This document shows, piece by piece, positions 1 to 8,302 of a stretch of 64,000 nucleotides of DNA (the stretch's first letter is position 1; each line of letters opens with the position of its first letter). The translations under genes were made by a program, and so were the position numbers. The DNA is from an uncultured delta proteobacterium. Its GTDB lineage: Bacteria > Desulfobacterota > Binatia > Binatales > Binataceae. The DNA is taken from positions 416,001 through 480,000 of the forward strand of contig CAVXXK010000003.1 in the NCBI GenBank assembly GCA_963765675.1, read 5' to 3'. Under the pieces are notes generated by a model. That model was given only the letters and a program-made list of their open reading frames with translations, did not search any database and had not been told where the DNA came from.

Positions 1-794
1 GGATGCGCGGTCAGCGGAGCCTCGAAGCGCTGCGACGGAACCACCTGGATTATATCGCCGGCCACGATGTATTCCTTGGCGGCGGAGACCGTCGCCATGT
101 AGGCCTCGCGCGTGAGATTCGAGGTGATCGTGGCGTCGTTGGCTGCTGCTGACGCGGCGCCTTCGAGCCGCGGCGGGACCACTGGCGCTTTGAGCCGCGC
201 GACCATCTCGTCGATCTTTATCTGCGCGCTCTGATACGCCGCGCGCGTCGACTGAAATTCATCCACCGGAACGTTCGCGATGATCCGCAAAGTCTGGCGC
301 ACGTTGTCGAACATCAGCATCGTATCGGTGAACATCATGTAGAGATCGGGCACGCCCAGGTCGTCGTTGGCGGTTTCGGGAATCCGCTCGAAGCAGCGCA
401 CGATGTCATAGGCGAGAAATCCGACCGCTCCGCCGAAGAAGCGCGGATTTCCGGGCAGCTCGGGCGCGCGAAAGCGCGCGACTTCCTGGCGCAGCTCGTC
501 GAATGAGTTAGTAATCGAGCGCACCTCGACGCCGCGGCCCGGCCGGATGATATCCATGCGACCGGCGCGCGCCCGAATGACCATCGAGGGCTCCGTGCCC
601 AGAAAGGTGTAGCGGCCCCACTTCTCTCCGCCGCGAACGCTCTCGAGCAGGAACGAGTAGTCGCCGCGCGCGACCTTGAGGAAGGCGGAGACGGGAGTCT
701 CGAGATCCGCGGCAATCTCGCGCGCCACCGGGATCAGGTTGTAGCCCTGGCGTTTCAGCTCTTCAAATTCGCGCTCACTCGGTTGAAGCATCAT
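1..794 (-). CDS. trpE: Anthranilate synthase component I (3' end outside window)
   Basis: Manual translation MMLQPSEREFEELKRQGYNLIPVAREIAADLETPVSAFLKV...SFLLESVRGGEKWGRYTFLG...PRFFGGAVG; SD GGAGAGAGG upstream; Trp-rich leader upstream. Confidence 0.93.
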   Translation of the reverse strand, partial: MMLQPSEREFEELKRQGYNLIPVAREIAADLETPVSAFLKVARGDYSFLLESVRGGEKWGRYTFLGTEPSMVIRARAGRMDIIRPGRGVEVRSITNSFDELRQEVARFRAPELPGNPRFFGGAVGFLAYDIVRCFERIPETANDDLGVPDLYMMFTDTMLMFDNVRQTLRIIANVPVDEFQSTRAAYQSAQIKIDEMVARLKAPVVPPRLEGAASAAANDATITSNLTREAYMATVSAAKEYIVAGDIIQVVPSQRFEAPLTAH

Positions 795-837
795 GCCTCT
801 CTCCTGCACCGCGTTCGCGTTGCGTCTCCCGGCAGAT

Positions 838-876
838 AAAGAAAAAGGGCCGCCGGTTTTCGCCCGCGGCCCTTTT
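838..876 (-). terminator. Attenuator terminator of trp leader
   Basis: Stem GGGCCGC (847-853) / GCGGCCC (866-872), followed on the minus strand by UUUUUCUUU. Confidence 0.88.
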
Positions 877-900
877 AAGATTCTGGTTTTGTTCGATCTG

Positions 901-981
901 CTACAAAACCGGCGCGCAGGCGAGTGCGACGACGTTCCAGCGCCAGTCCGCCCAAGCCTTGCCGATAGTGCAGCGGTTCAT
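901..981 (-). CDS. trpL: trp operon leader peptide, 26 aa MNRCTIGKAWADWRWNVVALACAPVL
   Basis: Three TGG codons (952-954, 943-945, 937-939) in a short ORF immediately upstream of the terminator and trpE. Confidence 0.85.
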   Translation of the reverse strand: MNRCTIGKAWADWRWNVVALACAPVL

Positions 982-990
982 TACCAACTG

Positions 991-1019
991 AGTATCCACG
1001 CGCCGCGCCCGGTTGTCAA
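991..1019 (-). promoter_or_regulatory. Sigma70-type promoter of trp leader
   Basis: TTGACA (1019-1014), 17-bp spacer, GATACT (996-991). Confidence 0.7.
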
Positions 1020-1053
1020 TCCGGGCACGGCGCGCGTACTGCTGCGAGAAAGT

Positions 1054-2049
1054 TCATCCTCGCTGTTGCACCTCCTCGTCCGCCTCAACGGCGGCGCAGG
1101 ACGGAATCGCAGGCGCTTCCCATATTTCGCGATAGGCGCCGACGACTTCGGCCGGCAGATTCGGGATTGCGCGGGCAACGAATTCGAGCTGCAACATGTT
1201 GAGCCGGTTTCTCGATGACCTCGGCGCCAGATGGCGCGCGCCGAGCCGAATCATCTCGATCATCTTCTGCAACCTCGGCGCTTCACCTTCATCGAAGTTC
1301 AACTCGCCCGATGCGCGCTCTTCATCGGCATCCTGATAGTACAGCGCGGGACCGTATATGAGGTTCCATACCTCCGCGGTATTGAAGTCGATCGTGTCCT
1401 CGGCGGCGAAGAGCAACTCCTGCACGGTCTTGTTGGTCGTCCAATACACCTGCGGCTGCAGGCGATGGATCTGCGCGGCCAGGCGCGCATCCACGAAGCT
1501 TGTCGCGACGGAGTAGTACTCTTCGACGAGGACTCGCCTGGTTTCGTGATCGAGCGAACGCTGCACCAGGCCGCCATACAACATCCGGTGTAGGCTTTTG
1601 TACACCGCGGCGGGATAGCGAACCCGATTGGCCATCGCAAACCCAACCTGCCCTACAGGTCCCATATTCGCGAGCGCGCGCCGAATATCGCCCCGATCGT
1701 TCAGCAACTGATCGGGGTCGCGCACCTTCTTCGGGCTGTCGAAGAAATCGTCGATCCAATGCGACGCATAGGTCAGAAAGGATTTCGCCTGGATTTCCTC
1801 CCATCGGCCCGACGACACGATCGCGAGGATAAAGGCGTGCACCTCGACTTCGTCGTAGCGATGAACCGTGCTGGTGGTGACTCCAAACCTGTCGAGAAGG
1901 CCGGTATCGGCGAGCAGGTCCACGAACTCGGCGTGCCCAGCTTTGACCGCGGCGAGCAATTCCCGCCAGTCGGGCACGGTCCGGTACAGGCTTTCGAAAT
2001 GCGAATTGCTTGAGACTGATTGTTCTGAATAGTTGTTGATCATAGTCAT
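1054..2049 (-). CDS. Hypothetical protein, probable class I isoprenoid synthase/prenyltransferase fold
   Basis: 331 aa, helical-looking; WIDDFFD (DDxxD) and a second acidic motif YYQDADEERASGELN about 140 aa later; SD GAGGAG upstream. Confidence 0.55.
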   Translation of the reverse strand: MTMINNYSEQSVSSNSHFESLYRTVPDWRELLAAVKAGHAEFVDLLADTGLLDRFGVTTSTVHRYDEVEVHAFILAIVSSGRWEEIQAKSFLTYASHWIDDFFDSPKKVRDPDQLLNDRGDIRRALANMGPVGQVGFAMANRVRYPAAVYKSLHRMLYGGLVQRSLDHETRRVLVEEYYSVATSFVDARLAAQIHRLQPQVYWTTNKTVQELLFAAEDTIDFNTAEVWNLIYGPALYYQDADEERASGELNFDEGEAPRLQKMIEMIRLGARHLAPRSSRNRLNMLQLEFVARAIPNLPAEVVGAYREIWEAPAIPSCAAVEADEEVQQRG

Positions 2050-2067
2050 AACTCCTCATTCACGAAT

Positions 2068-2805
2068 TCACTGCCGCGCACCGTGGGGCGACGCGGCTCC
2101 ATTGCCATTAGCGCGATTCAACGCGGGCACGGCCGACACGGCTGCACTCCCTTCTCGCGATGGCTCTTGGATCTCGCGCGTTGGTGCGGGCACGGGCGCC
2201 GGCCGATCGAATCGCAGCACTTGCCGTCCCTCGCGGTTTTTGAACAGGAATTCGAATCCGGACCGTATGTACTCCTCGAGCTTCTCGCCCTGGAGGATCA
2301 TGGGCTGTGTCCAGATTTCTTCGCCGTCCACCGTTTCAGCGTAGGGCCACAGCAACGGTTCGCAGGCATTGACGAAATTGAGCTGTGCGTAGGAGATGCT
2401 GAGATCCACTGGCCGAAACATCGGGTAGAGCAGGATTGCTTTCGCTTGAACGATACCTGCAACTGCGGCCGCTAGATGGCGAGCAATCGTCCCGACTCCA
2501 GTGGACAACGACCATAACTCGCCCCCCTCGATGACCGACTGTGGAGGGAGATGACTCAGGTCCGGCTTTGACAGACTCGGCGGAAGCGTCGCGAGGTCGT
2601 GCGATATGAAACCTCCAAGCATTCGTTCGATGGCGTCGCCTTCGCTCTCGAACAAGGCGTACAGACTTCCGTAGCGCAAGTGAGCCGTTCCGAGCCGCGA
2701 CCGGGAAGTTTCGCTCCATCTGACACCGCGCGTCGCCCGCGCTTGTATGAGACACTTTGCAAAGATTTCTCGTTCCAATTCAGTAGTTAAAAGACGTAGT
2801 TCCAT
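2068..2805 (-). CDS. Hypothetical protein, divergent GNAT-fold (LuxI/FeeM-like) acyltransferase
   Basis: 245 aa; segments ELRLLTTELERE, PQSVIEGGELW, KAILLYP, SYAQLNF..CEPLLWPY follow the GNAT/LuxI-like layout; resembles 31598-32359. Confidence 0.5.
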   Translation of the reverse strand: MELRLLTTELEREIFAKCLIQARATRGVRWSETSRSRLGTAHLRYGSLYALFESEGDAIERMLGGFISHDLATLPPSLSKPDLSHLPPQSVIEGGELWSLSTGVGTIARHLAAAVAGIVQAKAILLYPMFRPVDLSISYAQLNFVNACEPLLWPYAETVDGEEIWTQPMILQGEKLEEYIRSGFEFLFKNREGRQVLRFDRPAPVPAPTREIQEPSREGSAAVSAVPALNRANGNGAASPHGARQ

Positions 2806-3118
2806 CGCAATTCACCCGTTTTGGGCAGTTGCCCTTTTTATTTCCGATTTGTTGTCAGGACGAAGCTGCGGGCCGCCCGGAAGGATCGGTGGTGCGCGCG
2901 CACTGAGGCATCGCGGTTGGCTAATGAACCGGTCCCAGATGACCTCCGGGAGTGCCGGACAACCGCCGTCCAAGGTTAACTCGGAACAAAAGCGATACCT
3001 CCGCTGCGTCACACAGGCGGATATTTTTTGCTGACGATTGGTGAATTTTGTGTATGGCAGCATGCGCAACCTGCCAATAACACAAATTGAAGATCAGACA
3101 CTTCAGCCGTTCCAAGCG

Positions 3119-3194
3119 TTCTATCGATCGAACAGCTTGGCTTGAGCACGGGGTTTCTATCGATTCCGCGTGAGCAAAGTTTCTAGCGCTAGGA
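3119..3194. promoter_or_regulatory. Three imperfect palindromes (consensus TTCTAtCGaTAGAA), candidate operators
   Basis: TTCTATCGATCGAA at 3119, TTCTATCGATTCCG at 3155, TTCTAGCGCTAGGA at 3181, in the divergent intergenic region. Confidence 0.5.
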
Positions 3195-3307
3195 TGCTGA
3201 CTGAACGGTAGAGCAAGCTGCCCAGAAGCAGGACTATGTCAGGTTCTCAAATGTTGCTAACCGATTGTTGACAGGAGTACCATCGCGACGGCGTAGGTTA
3301 CGGACGT

Positions 3308-4094
3308 ATGGCCTTGAATACGACAACGCGGAATCTCAACGGCCTGATTCGTGAGATAGTTAAAGACGCGCACGCTACCGGCCAGCGATCTGACTTGAGT
3401 GCGCAAGCGAAATACTTCCGTTCTTTTTCCAAGCTCGACTATCGGGTGGCTGTCGCAAAACAGCTGGATAGGCGCCAACTAGTGGGAATCTTCGATGATT
3501 TGCGAAAGGTGTTGCCGACCTTAAATCAGGAGATTTTCGGAATCACCGATCTGTCTCGATTAGCCGCGATAGCTGCCCGCCTGGGCGCTCTCTTGCACGC
3601 TGAGCCCTTTGATGGCGTCAAAGGTCGGGCCTTACGGGGATTCTATGTTCATGATCGAGAGATCTTGGGCCGCCCTCTTATATGCATAAATTCGGCAAAT
3701 CACCCTGTCGCTGTTGCAGCCGCGTTCTGGCACGAGATGGGTCACCATCTGACAAACCGTATATTTGACGCGAAATGCGACCTTAGCAGTTCGAATTTCA
3801 GTACGAATTATCAAGACCATCTTGATGATCCGCGAGAGATCGTCGCCGATATGGTACTGGCTCTAGCCGGATATCCGAGCTCGGCTGCCACTACGCTGTT
3901 TGGTTGCTCCGCAAACGGGCCCCGTCGACCCGGACCTTAACCTGTTGCTGTTACGCGCTCAGTCATATGTTCGATCGGTGTTGGATTTCGAGTTCGAAGC
4001 GCAATTCGCCGCAACTGAAAACCTAAGCTATTTGGCGGGCATAATACATGTGGCCAAATTGCGGGCAACCTTACTCAACGAGTACGGAATATGA
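3308..4094 (+). CDS. ImmA/IrrE (M78-like) zinc metallopeptidase, split by a +1 frameshift at about 3920-3923
   Basis: FWHEMGHHL (HExxH) and EIVADMVL (ExxA); removing one C from GGGCCCC joins 3308-3940 to 3900-4094, whose TGA overlaps the ATG of the XRE gene. Confidence 0.75.
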
Positions 4095-4531
4095 CCAAGC
4101 GAACGCTCGGGGTGGTGGTGAAAGAGGCGCGCGTCGCGATGGAAATGACGCAGCGCGAGCTTGCCCGTGCTATCCGCGTCAAGCCAAGCCACATCGCGTA
4201 TATCGAGAGCGGCAAACGCAGGCCGTCGCTCACGCTGCTTCGGCGGATCTCAACCACGCTCGGGCTCAATCCTCGCGAACTGCTGTTCCTGGCGCATCCG
4301 GATGCGCGATTCCTGGCGGGTTTTCTCGAACAACCCGGCGGTATCAAGCGAGTTGACGATTCGTGGCGACGATTCTCCTCGAATCGCGCGCTGCTGATGC
4401 GGCACAAAGTTACCGCCGCCGAGCTCAGGGTCCTGAAACGCGTCAGCCTGCTCGAGCACGTATCCGATCCGCGCCACTTCGTATTTGTCCTGAATGCGAT
4501 CCGTCAGGCTGCCGTCCGGGACGACTCTTAG
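4091..4531 (+). CDS. XRE-family HTH transcriptional regulator with C-terminal extension
   Basis: MTQRELARAIRVKPSHIAYIESGKRRPSLTLLRRIS is a typical HTH_3 pattern. Confidence 0.9.
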   Translation: MTKRTLGVVVKEARVAMEMTQRELARAIRVKPSHIAYIESGKRRPSLTLLRRISTTLGLNPRELLFLAHPDARFLAGFLEQPGGIKRVDDSWRRFSSNRALLMRHKVTAAELRVLKRVSLLEHVSDPRHFVFVLNAIRQAAVRDDS

Positions 4532-4543
4532 CGCACCGCGCCG

Positions 4544-5155
4544 TCAGCGCCCATTGTAGGTCGCGCGATACTGCTGATGCAGTTTTTCCTGCGCGGCCTG
4601 CGCCTCTTCCTGAGTGGCATATGGACCGACGCTCACGCGATACCACGTCTGCCCGTTCAGGTTCGTCGCGGTTTCGGTGGACGGAAAGCCGAGTGCCTTC
4701 AGCCGCCGCGTCATGTCGTCGGCGCCCGCGCGATCCATCACGGCATCGATCTGGATATTGAACTGATGCCTGCGTAGCGCCGGCGACGGCTCGGCATTGG
4801 CGACCGTGCGCGGGCTCGCAGCCGCCATCGGATGCGCCAGCTCGGGCATGCGCGCGGCCGGAGTCCTGACCGCTTCGGGTGCGAAAGACTTCGGATGCAT
4901 CGCGGGCGCGATCGCCGCGACGCTCGGCGCGGCCGCCGGAGAGCGCTCCGCCTCAGGCGCCGCCGCAGTCGGAGTAGGCTCGAGCGCGGGCGGCGTCGGC
5001 ACCGGGAAAACCGACGCGACCTGAGTCGTGTCGGCGTTATTCTGCCGCGCCATTTCGTAGCCCGCGATCAGCCCAAGCGCAAACACCGCGCCCGAGAGTC
5101 CCAGAAGCCCCACTAGAATTAGAACTGCGCCGCCCGCCCTGATTTCGAATCGCAT
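4544..5155 (-). CDS. SPOR domain cell-division protein (FtsN/DedD-like)
   Basis: N-terminal TM, Pro/Ala linker, C-terminal WYRVSVGPYATQEEA; follows argS, a common synteny; start taken at MRFEIR. Confidence 0.85.
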   Translation of the reverse strand: MRFEIRAGGAVLILVGLLGLSGAVFALGLIAGYEMARQNNADTTQVASVFPVPTPPALEPTPTAAAPEAERSPAAAPSVAAIAPAMHPKSFAPEAVRTPAARMPELAHPMAAASPRTVANAEPSPALRRHQFNIQIDAVMDRAGADDMTRRLKALGFPSTETATNLNGQTWYRVSVGPYATQEEAQAAQEKLHQQYRATYNGR

Positions 5156-5162
5156 CGCCGCC

Positions 5163-6840
5163 TCACATCCGCTCCGGTGCGCTGACACCGAGGATCCCCA
5201 ACCCCGCCGCGATCGCGGTCCGCACCAGTCCGGCCAGATAAAGCCGTGCAAGGCTGAGCTCGCGATCGGGTCCAATTATACGATTCGCGGGCTTGTTGTA
5301 ATAGCGATGGAATTCGCCGGCGAGCTCGAGCAGGTAGAACGAGATGCGATGCGGCTCGAGCGCTTCGGCCGCGCCGGTCATCACCTCCGGCATCCCGACC
5401 GCGCGTTTAGCGAGATCGAGTTCCTCGTCCGAGAGCAGCGCGAGATCGACCGCCGCGGTGTCGGCGGGAAGCGCGAGGCCCGATTTTTCGCCTTCGCGGA
5501 AAATGCTTGCCAGGCGCGCGTGTGCGTATTGCACATAAAAGACCGGATTCTCCGGCGCCTGTTTTTTGGCGAGCTCGAGATCGAAATCGAGCTGGCTGTC
5601 GGATTTGCGGAACAGGAAAAAGAACCGCACCACGTCGGCGCCAACCTCGTCGATAAGCTCGTCCAGCGTGACGTAGGTCGCCTTGCGCGTGGACATTTTG
5701 ATCTTCTCGCCGCCGCGCGTCAGCGTCACGAACTGGTAGATGATAGCGCGGATCGGTGTCGCGTCATGGCCAAGCGCCTTGACCGCCGCGATCACTTCCT
5801 TGTGCTCGGCAAGATGGTCCGCGCCAAACACGTCCACGATCAGATCGAAGCGGCGTTCGAGCTTTTCGATGTGGTAGGCGATATCGGCCGTGCGGTAAGT
5901 AGGCTCGCGGTCCGGTCCCGAGCGCACCAGGACTTCGTCCTTGGGCAATCCGAGCGGCTGCGCCGCGCAGCCATACCGCGCCATCGCGTTCGGTGATCAG
6001 ATCGCGCGCGCGCAATTCTTCGAGCACCTTTCCGATTCGGCCGGCTTTAATCAGGTCAACGTCGTTCGTGTAAACGTCGAAGCGGATCGCGAGCCGCTCG
6101 CAGGTGTGGAGGATATCCGCGAAGATCGCCTTGATCGCCGCGGCGCGAAAAATCTCGCGGTCCCCGCTCTCGTGCAGCCGGTCGCCGTCGCGGGCACGCA
6201 ACTCCTTTGCGATATCGCGAATATACTCGCCCTGGTAGCCGTCTTCCGGAAGCGCCGCGTCGATACCCAGCTCCTGCAGATAGCGCACGCGCACCGACTC
6301 GGCGAGCAGCTTCATCTGACGGCCGGCGTCGTTGAAATAATATTCGCGCGTCACGTTGAAGCCTGCCGCCTCGAACAGCCGCGCGATCGTATCGCCCAGC
6401 ACGGCATTGCGCCCGTGCCCGACGGTTACCGGACCGGTCGGATTCGCGGAGAGAAATTCGACCTGCACGCGATCGCCGGCACCGGGACGAAGCTCCCACT
6501 TGCGCGGACGAAAGTAAGCCGCGCCCTCGCGCACCGCGCGCCGGATCTCGCCGTGCCAGTACGCCGGCGCCATCCGGAAGTTGATGAACCCCGGACCCGC
6601 TATTCCGACCTCCACAATTTCCGGCGGCAGCTCGAGCGCGTCCTTGATCGCCGCCGCGATCGTGCGCGGCGGTTTGCCCTCGGCCCGCGCCATCGTCATC
6701 GCGACGTTCGACGCGATATCGCCGTGCGTGGAATCCTTCGGCGCTTCGACTCCGATCGTCGAGGGAGCGGACGCAAGCCGGCCTTTCGAGCGCGCCCGCT
6801 CGATTGCGGCGCTTAGGCACGAAACTACAATTTCCTTCAT
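5163..6840 (-). CDS. argS: Arginine--tRNA ligase, frameshifted at about 5958-5962
   Basis: AGPGFIN, VEFLSANPTGPVTVGHGRN, GADH, KMSTRK, YVQYAHAR, APERM C-terminus, spread over two frames. Confidence 0.95.
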
Positions 6841-6969
6841 CTCAGGGTTGCCGTTCGAATGTGGTGCAATCGTGCCAGATACGGGACGCCGTGTTAAGCC
6901 GCCGTCGGCGCGCGGCTTGACGCTCGGCGAGCCGCGATGCGACGCTCGACGCTAACGAGGAATACGACG

Positions 6970-7749
6970 ATGAATCTCGAACTGGCAGGAAAGATCGCGC
7001 TGGTGACCGGCGGGAGCAAAGGTATCGGACGCGCGACCGCGCTGACGCTGGCGGCGGAAGGCGCCGCCGTGGTGGTCTGCGCGCGCGGCAAAGAGGCGCT
7101 CGAAGAGACTGTCGCGCTTGCGCGCCAGACCGAAGGAGCACGCGTCGTGCCGGTCGCCGCGGACCTCACAATCCACGACGACATCCGCCGCGTGGTCAAG
7201 CGATGCATCGACGAGTTCGGCCGCATCGACATCCTGGTGAACAACGCCGGCAGCGCGCGTCCGGGAGAGTTTCAAAAGATTTCCGACGACGATTGGCACG
7301 CCGACTTCGAGCTCAAGTTCTTCGGCTACGTGCGGATGGCGCGCGAGGTGATGCCGCTGATGGCGGCGAACCGCGCCGGCGCGATCGTCAACGTGATCGG
7401 CACCGGTGGTCTGCGTCCGACTGCGGGCTACATGGTCGGCGGCGCGGCCAACGCCGCGCTCAATCATTTCACCAAGGCGCTGGCCGACGAGGGCGCGAAG
7501 CATCGCGTGCGCGTGGTGGGAGTCAATCCGGGACCGATCCTGACCGAGCGGCTGCGGCTGTTCTCGGAGCGCGCGGCGCACGGCCGCGATATCAAGGAGG
7601 TCTATTCGCGGATGACGCCGCTCGGGCGTCCGGGCGAGGCGCAGGAGGTTGCCGACCTGATCGTTTTCCTCGCGTCGCCGCGCGCCGCGTTTATCCACGG
7701 CGCCAATATCACGATCGACGGCGGCGCGAATCCGGGGTTGATCGGATGA
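6970..7749 (+). CDS. SDR family oxidoreductase
   Basis: TGGSKGIG, NNAG, C-terminal GANITIDGG. Confidence 0.9.
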   Translation: MNLELAGKIALVTGGSKGIGRATALTLAAEGAAVVVCARGKEALEETVALARQTEGARVVPVAADLTIHDDIRRVVKRCIDEFGRIDILVNNAGSARPGEFQKISDDDWHADFELKFFGYVRMAREVMPLMAANRAGAIVNVIGTGGLRPTAGYMVGGAANAALNHFTKALADEGAKHRVRVVGVNPGPILTERLRLFSERAAHGRDIKEVYSRMTPLGRPGEAQEVADLIVFLASPRAAFIHGANITIDGGANPGLIG

Positions 7750-7755
7750 CCGACG

Positions 7756-8199
7756 CTACTTTTTCTCGAACCAGTGCGGATCGTTCGACAGCGTGGGATA
7801 TCCGTTGCCGAGCTGGATCAGCACTCCGTGCGAGGAACGCGGCGAGATGAACGCCTCGTATGACGACGGCGACCACTCGGTTTGATCGACGACGCGCACG
7901 CCTTGTTGAACGAACTGCGTGACCTTGGCTTTCGTGTCGGGGACGTTGAAGGTCAGGTGATGCATCCCCTCGCCGCGCGTGGCGAGGAACTTGTGCAGGA
8001 ATGAATCCGCGCCGAGCGGTTCGAGCAGCTCGATCGTGAGTCCGTTCAGATCGAACTCGGCGAGCTTGTAACCGGCCTTGTCACTTTCGGCCTCGTACAT
8101 GAATCTCGCGCCGAGCACGCCCTCGTAGAACTTGCGCGCCTCGGCGACGCTTTTAACCGCGATCCCGATATGATCGAGCTTTCCGATCGGCTCCGCCAT
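7756..8199 (-). CDS. VOC family protein, methylmalonyl-CoA epimerase-like
   Basis: LDHIGIAV, IELLEP, KFLATRGEGMHHLTF, HGVLIQL. Confidence 0.8.
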   Translation of the reverse strand: MAEPIGKLDHIGIAVKSVAEARKFYEGVLGARFMYEAESDKAGYKLAEFDLNGLTIELLEPLGADSFLHKFLATRGEGMHHLTFNVPDTKAKVTQFVQQGVRVVDQTEWSPSSYEAFISPRSSHGVLIQLGNGYPTLSNDPHWFEKK

Positions 8200-8302
8200 C
8201 GTGGATTAACCCGCCCTGCTGAATGAAGGATGATTTCAGCATCCATTACCTTCCAGCGCCACGCGCCGCAAGGCCCGGGCAGGCTCGGTTTGGAGTGAGC
8301 AC

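Noticed and set aside
3055-3076. Sigma54 promoter (TGGCA..)
   Set aside because: GG-N10-GC spacing is not met on either strand; kept only as an inverted repeat
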